64,000 bases of DNA from an uncultured Planctomycetales bacterium (GTDB lineage Bacteria > Omnitrophota > Gorgyraeia > Zapsychrales > JANLHA01): the NCBI GenBank assembly GCA_964474085.1, contig CAYYRJ010000001.1:27631-91630 (forward strand), written 5' to 3'. Shown piece by piece: positions 9,521-18,592 of this stretch (the stretch's first letter is position 1; each line of letters begins with the position of its first letter). A program made the translations under genes and the position numbers. The notes under the pieces are model-generated. The model had not been told where the DNA came from. It did not search any database and was given only the letters and a program-made list of their open reading frames with translations.

Positions 9521-10761
9521 ACCCGGATTTTGCATTTCCCTTTTTGTGCGCGACCGATCGTCGCGCAATAGGTTGTAATGCAAAGTTTGGGATAAGAAAA
9601 ATTTGTGTGGTCAGCGGTTCTCGGGCAGATTATGGCCATTTGCAAAGCTTGATGCGTGCGTGCGCGCTAGATTCGTCCATTGACCTGCAAATGATTGTGA
9701 CAGGGTCGCATCTTGCCAAAGAGCAAGGGCAAACGTATCGGCAGATACAAAAAGATGGTTTTAAAATTCATGCTAAAGTCAACATATCAAAATTTGATGA
9801 TTCCGCCGTTGGCATCACAAAACGCATCGGGTTAGCTTGCCATGGCTTTGGAGATGCGTTTGCGCGTTTAAGTCCGGATATTGTTGTTGTCTTTGGTGAT
9901 CGCTACGAGATTTTAGCGGCGACGATTGCCGCTTATGTGGGAAAGCTTATCATCGCTCATTTGCACGGCGGAGAATTATCAGAAGGAGCGCTCGATGAGG
10001 GGTTTCGTCACGCGATAACAAAAATGGCGCACGTTCACTTTGCCGCCACAGAGAATTATCGTCGACGCATTGTCCAATTAGGCGAGCAGCCTAAGAATGT
10101 TTTTAATTTTGGAGCGCCGGGCTTGGATGCGCTGCGGAGTATGAAGTTGTTATCGAAGGACGCTTTGTCGTCGGAACTAAAATTTGATTTAAAGGGGCGC
10201 TGTGCCATTGTCACGTTTCATCCCGAAACCTTGGATCGCGGCTTATCGCGAAAGCAATTGGATGGGATTTTAACCGCCATCGGAGCGTTTGATTTAAAGG
10301 TCATTTTTACTAAAGCCAATATGGATCCACAAGCCCTGCAGATTAATAAAGCGCTTGCAGAGTTTTGTAAAAAAAATCCTCTGCGCTATCGGCTCGTCGA
10401 TAATCTTGGGGTGCAAAAATATTGGAGTTGTTTGGCTAGTTTTGATCTTATGATTGGAAACTCTTCCAGCGGGATTATTGAAGCCCCGTCTTTTAGGTTG
10501 CCGGTTATTAACGTCGGGGATCGGCAAAAGGGGCGCATTCGATCTTGCAATATTATTGATGTGCCGATAAAAACTTTCGATATTCGCAAGGCCATTGCCA
10601 AAGCTCTTTCTAAGTCTTTTAAAAAATCGTTGATAGCAATGAAAAATCCATATCAGCGTTTTGACGACGGGAAAAGTGGCTGGCGGATTAAAGAGCAATT
10701 AAAACGCGTGGAGATTGATGGAGATATTTTAAAGAAAAAATTTTTTGATAGGGCAAGGTAA
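9502..10761 (+). CDS. neuC: UDP-N-acetylglucosamine 2-epimerase, hydrolysing type (NeuC/LegG family)
   Basis: KICVVSGSRADYG...HLHGGE motifs of NeuC-type epimerases. Start is uncertain. ATG 9502 would translate the 70-bp palindromic element as a 33-aa leader. GTG 9607 would remove the first beta-strand. Confidence 0.75.
   Translation: MGQNKINPDFAFPFLCATDRRAIGCNAKFGIRKICVVSGSRADYGHLQSLMRACALDSSIDLQMIVTGSHLAKEQGQTYRQIQKDGFKIHAKVNISKFDDSAVGITKRIGLACHGFGDAFARLSPDIVVVFGDRYEILAATIAAYVGKLIIAHLHGGELSEGALDEGFRHAITKMAHVHFAATENYRRRIVQLGEQPKNVFNFGAPGLDALRSMKLLSKDALSSELKFDLKGRCAIVTFHPETLDRGLSRKQLDGILTAIGAFDLKVIFTKANMDPQALQINKALAEFCKKNPLRYRLVDNLGVQKYWSCLASFDLMIGNSSSGIIEAPSFRLPVINVGDRQKGRIRSCNIIDVPIKTFDIRKAIAKALSKSFKKSLIAMKNPYQRFDDGKSGWRIKEQLKRVEIDGDILKKKFFDRAR
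9527..9596. repeat. ~70-bp extended palindromic element, copy 1 (second copy at 38048-38118)
   Basis: Outer arms TTTGCATT / AATGCAAA. Inner 8-bp stem TGCGCGAC-CGATC-GTCGCGCA. About 90% identical to copy 2 and ends about 10 bp before an in-frame GTG. Confidence 0.6.
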
Positions 10762-10767
10762 ATTCAT

Positions 10768-11829
10768 ATGCAAAAAGAAGTTAAAGACTTTTTAATTGAC
10801 CGTCACGAGTCGATCAAGCAGGCGATGGAACGTTTAAGCAAAGTCGGCTCTAAGCAGCTTTTTGTGGTTGACGAAAAGACAACGATCCTTGGAGCTTTAA
10901 GCGATGGCGACATCCGCAAGTGGGTTCTTACGGGCGGTTCTCTTCGGCAAAAGGTGATTAAAATTTGTAACAAAAAACCGATCACTGTAAATAAAAATTA
11001 TTCTATTGAGTTTGTTCGCCAGACGATGCTCAAATTTGAAATACAAGCGATTGCGGTTGTCAATGCCAAAAATCTTGTCAGCGATGTTCTTACGTGGGAA
11101 CAGGTTTTTGCCGGCAAAGTGCATGCGCGCAAAGAACATTTGGATGCTTCGGTTGTGATCATGGCCGGCGGCAAGGGCACGCGGCTGGATCCTTTTACGC
11201 GTATTTTGCCCAAAGCATTGATTCCTATCGACGGGAAACCTGTCATTGAAGTTATTATGGATAAATTCAATGAATATGGCACAAAGGATTTTTATATTAC
11301 TCTTAACCATAAAGCGCGGATGATCAAGTCGTATTTTGAGGAGATGAATCAAAAATATCAGATCACGTATATCCAAGAAGATAAGCCACTGGGGACAGCC
11401 GGCAGCCTTAAGGCATTGGAAAAAAAGCTCAAAGGGCCATTTTTGGTAACCAATTGCGACGTCATTATCGACAGCGACTATACGGATATGGTCCATTTTC
11501 ACAAGACAAATAAACATGATCTGACGGTTGTCGTTTCCTGCCGGCATTATGTGATTCCTTACGGGGTCTGCGAAATCGAAGGACGCGGTTTACTTAAAGG
11601 GATTACAGAAAAGCCCGGATATGATCTTCTGGTCAATACCGGAATGTATGTCATGAACAATCGAATTTTAACTTTTATTCCTCGAGAGAAGTTTTTTAAC
11701 ATGACGGATCTGATAAGTGTCGCGAAAAAGAAGAATTTCAAAATCGGGGTTTATCCTGTCAATGAAAAGTCATGGATGGATATTGGGCAATGGGAAGAAT
11801 ATAACCGGACATTAAAAATTCTTCATTAG
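10768..11829 (+). CDS. CBS-domain sugar-phosphate nucleotidyltransferase (PtmE-like)
   Basis: N-terminal tandem CBS region, then MAGGKGTRLDPFTRILPKALIPIDGKPVIE nucleotidyltransferase signature. Confidence 0.8.
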   Translation: MQKEVKDFLIDRHESIKQAMERLSKVGSKQLFVVDEKTTILGALSDGDIRKWVLTGGSLRQKVIKICNKKPITVNKNYSIEFVRQTMLKFEIQAIAVVNAKNLVSDVLTWEQVFAGKVHARKEHLDASVVIMAGGKGTRLDPFTRILPKALIPIDGKPVIEVIMDKFNEYGTKDFYITLNHKARMIKSYFEEMNQKYQITYIQEDKPLGTAGSLKALEKKLKGPFLVTNCDVIIDSDYTDMVHFHKTNKHDLTVVVSCRHYVIPYGVCEIEGRGLLKGITEKPGYDLLVNTGMYVMNNRILTFIPREKFFNMTDLISVAKKKNFKIGVYPVNEKSWMDIGQWEEYNRTLKILH

Positions 11830-11845
11830 ATAGCAAAGGTTATTG

Positions 11846-12757
11846 ATGCCTGTGATGCGTTTGATCGCGCGGCTGGATATTAAGGGGCCGAATCTCGTTA
11901 AAGGAGTTCATTTAGAAGGATTGCGCGTTTTAGGCAAGCCTGAGTCCTTTGCCGGTAAGTATTTTAAGCAAGGGATTGATGAAATTATTTATATTGATAC
12001 GGTAGCCAGCCTTTACGGACGCGATAATCTTTTGGGTATTGTTAAGCGTTCGGCCGAAAATATTTTTGTCCCGTTAACAGCGGGAGGCGGAATTCGTAGC
12101 GTCGAGGATATCCGTAATCTTTTACGGGCTGGAGCAGATAAAGTCGCGATCAACACGGCTGCTGTTTATAATCCAAAGTTTATTTTGGAGTCTTCGAGAA
12201 TGTTTGGTTCACAATGTATTGTTGTTTCTATTTGTGCCAAACAAACTAATAAGGACCAGTACGAGGCTTGGACAGATAATGCCCGGGAGCGATCAGGAAA
12301 AAATGTTTTTGACTGGGCAAGGGAAGCAGTGGATTTGGGGGCGGGAGAACTTTTGATTACCAGTATAGACCAGGAAGGAACCGCAAAAGGGTATGATATT
12401 GATTTGGTGCGGCGTATTGCCGACCAAGTACCAGTCCCCGTCATTGCCAGTGGCGGTGCAGGAAATGCCCAGCATTGTCTTGAAGTTATTGAACAAGGCC
12501 ATGCGGACGCGGTTTGTGCGGCGTCTCTTTTTCACTATTGTCAGTTAAAAGAACTACAATCGCAGGAACAATATCAAGAGGAAGGCAATGTGGAATTTAT
12601 CAAAAACAGTCGTGATACGTTGGGCTTTTTAAAAACCCGTCTTAATCCGATGAGTATTCCCGACTTGAAAACATATTTACAAAATCATGGTGTCACTTGT
12701 CGTATGGTCGAATGGTTGAAAGACGATCAAAATTCGTCGTCAGCGTGTGTTGATTAA
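11846..12757 (+). CDS. hisF: imidazole glycerol phosphate synthase cyclase subunit homologue (HisF-like, WbuZ-type)
   Basis: HisF-fold motifs (RLIARLDIKG, LTAGGGIRS, ASGGAG). ATG 11846 with AAAGG 5 nt upstream. Sits next to a HisH-like gene and an amidotransferase. Confidence 0.85.
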   Translation: MPVMRLIARLDIKGPNLVKGVHLEGLRVLGKPESFAGKYFKQGIDEIIYIDTVASLYGRDNLLGIVKRSAENIFVPLTAGGGIRSVEDIRNLLRAGADKVAINTAAVYNPKFILESSRMFGSQCIVVSICAKQTNKDQYEAWTDNARERSGKNVFDWAREAVDLGAGELLITSIDQEGTAKGYDIDLVRRIADQVPVPVIASGGAGNAQHCLEVIEQGHADAVCAASLFHYCQLKELQSQEQYQEEGNVEFIKNSRDTLGFLKTRLNPMSIPDLKTYLQNHGVTCRMVEWLKDDQNSSSACVD

Positions 12758-12765
12758 GGAATTTT

Positions 12766-13428
12766 ATGGATGCTTGCATCATTGATTATGGCTTGGGAAA
12801 CCTTTTTAATTTGCAAAAGGCCGCCCGTTTTTTAGGAGTCAAGGTTGAAGTTTCAAGCGATCCTAATAAAGTAAGAACTGCTAACAAATTAATTTTGCCC
12901 GGCGTAGGCGCGTTTGAGGATGGCATGAATAATTTGAAAAAGGCGGGTCTAGATATTGCGATCAAAGATTTTATTCAGACCGGAAAACCTTTTTTAGGGA
13001 TTTGTTTAGGGATGCAACTTTTAATGCAAGAGAGTGAAGAAAATGGTGTCTTTGAGGGGCTTGGCATCATTCCCGGGAGGGTTGTGCGTTTGCAAGAATC
13101 AGGGACACAGAAGATGTGCGTGAAAATTCCTCATGTCGGATGGAATAAAATTTTGTATCCCCAAGCGAAAAATGGACAGCCAAGAATTTGGGACGACACT
13201 ATTTTAAAAAATTTAAAAGAAGGCAGTTATTTTTATTTTGTTCATTCGTATCAGGTCATCCCTGACGATAAATCTGTCATATTGTCTGAAACGATATATG
13301 CAGATAACCGATTCTGTTCCGTTCTAAAATCAAAGAATGTGTATGCCTGCCAATTTCATCCGGAGATGAGTGCGGGGGATGGACTTAAGGGGATTGATAA
13401 TTTCTTTAAATTGCAAGGGAATGGATAA
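12766..13428 (+). CDS. hisH: class-I glutamine amidotransferase, HisH-like (WbuY-type)
   Basis: GICLGMQLL catalytic Cys motif. HVGWN and C-terminal FHPE motifs. Confidence 0.85.
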   Translation: MDACIIDYGLGNLFNLQKAARFLGVKVEVSSDPNKVRTANKLILPGVGAFEDGMNNLKKAGLDIAIKDFIQTGKPFLGICLGMQLLMQESEENGVFEGLGIIPGRVVRLQESGTQKMCVKIPHVGWNKILYPQAKNGQPRIWDDTILKNLKEGSYFYFVHSYQVIPDDKSVILSETIYADNRFCSVLKSKNVYACQFHPEMSAGDGLKGIDNFFKLQGNG

Positions 13429-13433
13429 ATCAT

Positions 13434-14654
13434 ATGCTTTTTCCTAATAAAACAATGGATCGCCAGTTGGCCAAGAGTCCTGCGAAGGTATTCTTTTGCA
13501 AAAAATGTGTTGTTTCCAATCAACGGCCCCGGATTACTTTTAATGAACAGGGGATTTGTAGTGCCTGTCAATATGCGCATCAAAAGCACAACGTCATTGA
13601 TTGGGAAGTCAGAGAAAAGATGTTTTTAGATCTTTTAGATCGGTATCGATCAAAAGACGGCAGTTATGATTGCGTGGTCCCCGGAAGCGGCGGCAAAGAC
13701 AGCAGTTATGTCGCTCATCAATTAAAATATAAGTATGGTATGCACCCATTAACCGTGACGTGGGCGCCGTTTATATATACGGATGTCGGTTGGAAGAATT
13801 ATGTTGAATTCAAGGATCATGGTTTTGATAATTTGCTCTGTTTTCCAGACGGGATTATTCACCGTAAACTAGCCAGGCTAGCGTTTGAATTATTGGGGGA
13901 TGCGTGGGAACCTTTTGCATACGGCCAGAAAGCTTACGCCTTTCATATTGCCTGCAAGTTTAAGATTCCTCTTATTTTTTATGGGGAAAGCGGGGAAGTC
14001 GAATACGGCGGTTCCACAAAAAATATTAATACTCCGCACGAAACGATCCAGGATTGGAAGGAATTTTATTATAAGGGATCCGGCATTGATGAGCTTGTGG
14101 AACATGGGCGTCAGGCAGGAATTTTTACGCCAGAGGATTTTAAGGATAATTCTTTTATGTTTTATCGGCCTCCTTCGCCCAAAGAGCTTCAAGAGGTCAA
14201 TCCGCAAATGCATTGGTTCTCGTATTATAAAAAGTGGGTGCCTCAAGAAAATTATTATTATGCGGTTGAACATACGGGCTTTGTGGCTAATTCTGATGGA
14301 CGCTCTGAGGGGACATACTCTAAATATGCTAGTTTGGACGATAAAACCGACGGATTTCATTTTTATTTAGCTTTCATTAAGTTTGGCATCGCACGGGCTA
14401 CCTCCGACGCGGCGCATGAAATCCGTGACGGCCATTTAACCCGGGAAGAGGGGATGGCATTGGTTAAACGTTATGACGGGGAATTTCCAAAGAAATATTA
14501 TAAGGAATTCTTGGAGTATTTGGGAATTGAAGATAAAGATTTTTGGGAGATTGTCGATTTTTATCGTTCTATGGTTCCTCACATCTGGACGAAGGTAAAC
14601 GGAGAGTGGAAATTATGCCACACTGTAAATAAAACTGGAGTGCATGACTGCTAA
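13434..14654 (+). CDS. N-acetyl sugar amidotransferase (PP-loop ATP pyrophosphatase, WbuX/PseA/LfnA family)
   Basis: N-terminal Cys cluster (CKKCVVSNQRP...CSAC), PP-loop SGGKDSSY. 406 aa. Confidence 0.8.
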   Translation: MLFPNKTMDRQLAKSPAKVFFCKKCVVSNQRPRITFNEQGICSACQYAHQKHNVIDWEVREKMFLDLLDRYRSKDGSYDCVVPGSGGKDSSYVAHQLKYKYGMHPLTVTWAPFIYTDVGWKNYVEFKDHGFDNLLCFPDGIIHRKLARLAFELLGDAWEPFAYGQKAYAFHIACKFKIPLIFYGESGEVEYGGSTKNINTPHETIQDWKEFYYKGSGIDELVEHGRQAGIFTPEDFKDNSFMFYRPPSPKELQEVNPQMHWFSYYKKWVPQENYYYAVEHTGFVANSDGRSEGTYSKYASLDDKTDGFHFYLAFIKFGIARATSDAAHEIRDGHLTREEGMALVKRYDGEFPKKYYKEFLEYLGIEDKDFWEIVDFYRSMVPHIWTKVNGEWKLCHTVNKTGVHDC

Positions 14655-15594
14655 AATGAAAATGTTAAAAATACTTTTCTTTGGCTTAGGTTCTATCGGC
14701 GTGCGGCATGCGCAAATCTTGCGAAAAGATTTTAAGCATGAGCTTTATGCGTTTCGCTCGGGCAAAACGTCCAAAGAAAATTTGCTTAAGGTCCCGGAGC
14801 TTTCAAGCTGGGAAAGCGTTGATCGGCTAAAGCCTGAGATTGCGTTTATTACCAACCCGACTAGTGAACATTTGTCGACAGCCCTCGAATGCGCCCAGCG
14901 TGGCATGCATCTATTTATTGAAAAGCCGCTCGCGGATTCTCTTGCCGGGGTCAGTCAGCTGATAGCGCTTTGTCATAAGAAGAAACTTTCGGCCTATGTC
15001 GCTTATTGTTTGCGCTTTCATCCGGTCATTATCAAAATCAAAGAATTGCTTAAAGACAAAAAAGCACTCCATGCCCGCGTTGTATGCTCCTCGATGCTTC
15101 ATGCGTGGCGACCGGGGTCAGATCCTAAAAAAAGCTATTCTGCCCGACGGGCATTAGGCGGGGGGGTTATCTTGGACCTTTCGCATGAATTTGATTATAT
15201 TCGTTTTTTGCTAGGTGAAATAAAGTCTATCACAGGAATCAAGGGCCGCATGGGCCATGTCACGGTTGACAGTGAAGATTTTGCGGATACTTTAGTGACT
15301 TTGGAAAATGGCGTTATTGTCAATTGTCATTTGAATTTTGCAAGTTTTCAGACAGAACGTAAAATTCAAATTGATTTCAAACAAGGATTTATCGAGGGGG
15401 ACTTGATTAATAATACGATAATTTATCAGGCCAGAGGCAAAATCCGCCACTTTAGGTTTCCCGTTGACCGCAATGCCTATTTGAAAACGCAAACGGAATA
15501 TTTCTTCAAAAATTTAAAATATCCGGACCGGATAACTAATCTTAGGGAATCACAAATCCTTTTGGAAAAGATTTTGGAGTTTAGAAATGCTTAA
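14644..15594 (+). CDS. Gfo/Idh/MocA family oxidoreductase
   Basis: ILFFGLGSIGVRH Rossmann motif and LFIEKP motif. Confidence 0.7.
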   Translation: MTAKMKMLKILFFGLGSIGVRHAQILRKDFKHELYAFRSGKTSKENLLKVPELSSWESVDRLKPEIAFITNPTSEHLSTALECAQRGMHLFIEKPLADSLAGVSQLIALCHKKKLSAYVAYCLRFHPVIIKIKELLKDKKALHARVVCSSMLHAWRPGSDPKKSYSARRALGGGVILDLSHEFDYIRFLLGEIKSITGIKGRMGHVTVDSEDFADTLVTLENGVIVNCHLNFASFQTERKIQIDFKQGFIEGDLINNTIIYQARGKIRHFRFPVDRNAYLKTQTEYFFKNLKYPDRITNLRESQILLEKILEFRNA

Positions 15595-16306
15595 AGAAAA
15601 AATTCTTTTGACTGTTTGCGCCCGCGGCGGGTCCAAGGGGGTTGCGAATAAAAATATCCGCCCTTTGTGCGGCGCGCCTTTGATTAGCCACACGATCAAG
15701 CAAGCTAAAAGCTGGGGCCGGGCGGATAAAATCATCTGCTCGACGGATTCTCTTGCGATAGCCCAAGTCGCCAAAGACTCTGGCGCAACCGTCGCTTTTA
15801 TGCGCCCTTCAAATTTGGCAACAGACAAGACAGGGAAGCTTGCGGTTTTAAAACATGCTTTAAAAACAATGGAAAAAATCGACAAGACAAAATATCCGGT
15901 TCTTGTCGACTTGGATGTTAGCGCGCCACTTAGGCAAGTTGAAGATATTGAAGGAGCGTATCAATTGTTTTTGCAAAAAAAAGCGCATTCGGTTGTCAGC
16001 GCAACCAAAGCCCGTCGTAATCCATATTTTAATATGCTCGAAGTAAAACCCAACGGTTTGGCAGCGCTGGTTAAAAAATCGTCCAAACTATTTTTAAGAC
16101 GTCAGGATGTCCCGCCCATTTATGATATGAACGCCTCGATTTATGTTTATGCTAGAGATTTTCTTTTAAACCCTAAAACCAAAACGTGTTTATCAAAAAA
16201 AACTTTCGTCTGGGAAATGCCCGAGTCGTCAGCTTTTGATATTGATTCTGAATTTGATTTTCAATTAATCGAGTTTTTAGTCAGCAAAGGGAATGTCGCG
16301 CTATGA
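15587..16306 (+). CDS. neuA: CMP-nonulosonic acid synthetase (acylneuraminate cytidylyltransferase family, NeuA/LegF-like)
   Basis: ARGGSKGVANKNIRPLCGAPLI signature of CMP-NeuAc/CMP-Kdo synthetase-like cytidylyltransferases. Confidence 0.8.
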   Translation: MLKEKILLTVCARGGSKGVANKNIRPLCGAPLISHTIKQAKSWGRADKIICSTDSLAIAQVAKDSGATVAFMRPSNLATDKTGKLAVLKHALKTMEKIDKTKYPVLVDLDVSAPLRQVEDIEGAYQLFLQKKAHSVVSATKARRNPYFNMLEVKPNGLAALVKKSSKLFLRRQDVPPIYDMNASIYVYARDFLLNPKTKTCLSKKTFVWEMPESSAFDIDSEFDFQLIEFLVSKGNVAL

Positions 16307-17094
16307 CAGATTATTTAAAGAAGTTTAGGCTTGATGGAAAAAATGCTGTTGTCGTTGGAGGCGCTGGGTTAATCGGACGCGAAGTTGTTAGCGCATTAGC
16401 GCAAGCCTCGGCACGGGTTGTTATCGCTGATAATAATGCAAAAAATGCCAAAAAATTAGTGAAGTCATTGTCCGGGGCAAAGGGCAAAGTGACTTTTACG
16501 GATTTTGATATTTCTAAACTCGAAGATTTAAAAAGCAATATTGAATCTTTGGTTAAAAGTTTAAAAGGTATTGATATTTGGGTCAACTGCGCGTATCCCA
16601 AGACGGCGGATTGGGGACTGCTGCCTGAGGATGTTACTGTCGAGTCGTGGCGAAAGAATGTGGACAGTCAATTAAACGCGACAGCTTTGTGTTGTACGAA
16701 TGTCGCCAAGCATATGAAAAAAAAGGGCGGCAGTATTATCAATTTAGGATCGATTTATGGCGTTGTCGGCGGTAAATTTGATCTTTATCAAGGCACCAAG
16801 GTGGTGCCCTTGCCGATTATTTATTCGGCGGTCAAAGGTGGCATTGTCAATTTGAGCCGTTATTTAGCGTCGTATTATGGACGGTATAATATTCGTGTAA
16901 ACACCGTTTGTCCCGGTGGAGTTTTGGACGGCCAAGATAAAGATTTTGTTGCGAAATATGCCAAACAAACACCTTTAGGCCGTATGGCCAAGCCGCAAGA
17001 AGTCGCTGCGACAGTTTTATTTTTAGCAAGTGATGCCGCCTCTTATGTGATCGGTGCGACGGTTATGGTCGACGGCGGATGGACAGCTGTTTAG
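16303..17094 (+). CDS. SDR family oxidoreductase (PtmA-like)
   Basis: VVVGGAGLIGREV Rossmann motif. SDR layout. ATGA overlap with the upstream gene. Confidence 0.8.
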   Translation: MTDYLKKFRLDGKNAVVVGGAGLIGREVVSALAQASARVVIADNNAKNAKKLVKSLSGAKGKVTFTDFDISKLEDLKSNIESLVKSLKGIDIWVNCAYPKTADWGLLPEDVTVESWRKNVDSQLNATALCCTNVAKHMKKKGGSIINLGSIYGVVGGKFDLYQGTKVVPLPIIYSAVKGGIVNLSRYLASYYGRYNIRVNTVCPGGVLDGQDKDFVAKYAKQTPLGRMAKPQEVAATVLFLASDAASYVIGATVMVDGGWTAV

Positions 17095-17106
17095 AAGAGA
17101 AAATTG

Positions 17107-18297
17107 ATGACGAAGAAGAACATTGCTGTTTCCAAAGATAATAAATTTATTCCTTTAAGCGTCCCGGAGATTTCCGACGATGAGTGGAAATACGTTAAGG
17201 AATGTCTCGATACCGGCTGGGTTTCTTCGGCAGGACCTTTTGTAAAAAAATTTGAACAGCGCTGTGCGGATTATATTGGCCGCAAATATGCGGTTGCTTG
17301 TACGTCTGCTACGGCGGGGTTGCATACAGCCCTTATGGTTTTAGATGTGAAGCTCGATGAGGAAGTGATTGTTCCTGATTTGACATTTGCCGCGCCGGCT
17401 TTTGCGGTGCGTTACATCGGGGCATGGCCGTTGTTTGTCGATGTTGAAGAAAAATATTTTCAAATCGACCCCCAGAAACTCAAGGATTTTTTGATCCAAG
17501 GATGTATTTTTAAAAATGGGCAGGTCATTAATCGCAAAACCAGACGTCGTGTCCGTGCTCTTTTGCCAGTCCATTTGCTGGGGCATCCGGTTGAAATGAA
17601 GCCTCTTATGGCTTTGGCCAAGAAATTTGGTTTGGCGGTTGTTGAGGATGTTGCCGAAAGTCTCGGTGCTGTCTGTGACGGAAAAAAAGTTGGGACCTTT
17701 GGCGATATCGCTGTTTTAAGTTTTAATGGGAATAAAATTATCACCTGCGGCGGGGGAGGGATGTTTTTGACCGACTCTAAAACTTTGGCTAAGAAAGCAA
17801 GTTATTTGACAACCCAAGCTAAGGATGACCCAGTCGAGTCTATCCATAACACGATTGGGTATAATTATCGTTTAAATAATTTGCAAGCGGCCGTCGGTTT
17901 GGCGCAGTTTGAAAAGTTAGATAAGTATATTGAGAAGAAAAATTCTATTGCCCAAAATTATGCGAAAGCCTTAAAGGAAGTTTGTGGTCTGCATTTGCCG
18001 CAGCAAGCGTCATGGGCGCAATCGATTTGGTGGTTATACACTGTTTTGGTCGACAAAAGAAAATATGGAATCGACTCCAGAACGTTAATGAAAATTTTAG
18101 AATTGCAAAATATCCAAACACGACCTCTGTGGCATCCTCTTCATAGCCTCAAAGCTTTTAAAGGGTGCATGGCTTACAAAATTGAAAAATCACTAAAGTT
18201 ATATCAGCAAGCCTTGAGTTTACCGTCGTCGGTTGGGATGACAGCAGACGAGCAGGCAAGAGTCATAGAGATTTTGCGCGCGTCTGCTAAAAATTAA
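17107..18297 (+). CDS. DegT/DnrJ/EryC1/StrS family sugar aminotransferase (LegC/PglE-like)
   Basis: LSFNGNKIITCGGGG PLP-lysine region. ATG 17107 with a purine-rich RBS. The ORF track's first codon, 17104, is TTG. Confidence 0.85.
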   Translation: MTKKNIAVSKDNKFIPLSVPEISDDEWKYVKECLDTGWVSSAGPFVKKFEQRCADYIGRKYAVACTSATAGLHTALMVLDVKLDEEVIVPDLTFAAPAFAVRYIGAWPLFVDVEEKYFQIDPQKLKDFLIQGCIFKNGQVINRKTRRRVRALLPVHLLGHPVEMKPLMALAKKFGLAVVEDVAESLGAVCDGKKVGTFGDIAVLSFNGNKIITCGGGGMFLTDSKTLAKKASYLTTQAKDDPVESIHNTIGYNYRLNNLQAAVGLAQFEKLDKYIEKKNSIAQNYAKALKEVCGLHLPQQASWAQSIWWLYTVLVDKRKYGIDSRTLMKILELQNIQTRPLWHPLHSLKAFKGCMAYKIEKSLKLYQQALSLPSSVGMTADEQARVIEILRASAKN

Positions 18298-18310
18298 GGA
18301 AAGAGACGAT

Positions 18311-18592
18311 ATGTTTAAGAATTTTGTTTTTGATTTCTGGGCGTGGTGGGGATTTTTTGCTCAATTCTTGTTTATGATGAGCTTTGTCGTTCAGTGGTAT
18401 AAATCCGAAAAGTTAAAGCAAAGCCATTTGCCAAATGAGTTTTGGTATTTGCGTTTGGTCGCGTCTTTAATGCTTATCGTTTACGTAGTCAAAAAGCAGG
18501 ACTTGGTTTTTTTTATCGGTGTTATTTTGCAGTCGGCTATTTATATACGCAATATCATTTTGATCAAAAACGGAGATCAAACAAATGTCTAA
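18311..18592 (+). CDS. small membrane protein, lipid-A-biosynthesis N-terminal (LAB_N)-like domain
   Basis: 93 aa with three predicted TM helices. Directly upstream of and overlapping a GT2 gene, the usual position of LAB_N / GtrA-like partners. Confidence 0.5.
   Translation: MFKNFVFDFWAWWGFFAQFLFMMSFVVQWYKSEKLKQSHLPNEFWYLRLVASLMLIVYVVKKQDLVFFIGVILQSAIYIRNIILIKNGDQTNV

Noticed and set aside
13885-14370. Pair of overlapping 156/161-aa ORFs on both strands inside the amidotransferase gene
   Set aside because: Both lie within the conserved WbuX-like CDS. Their translations are low-complexity Ile/Leu/Arg-rich with no motifs. They are frame artefacts of an AT-rich stretch.
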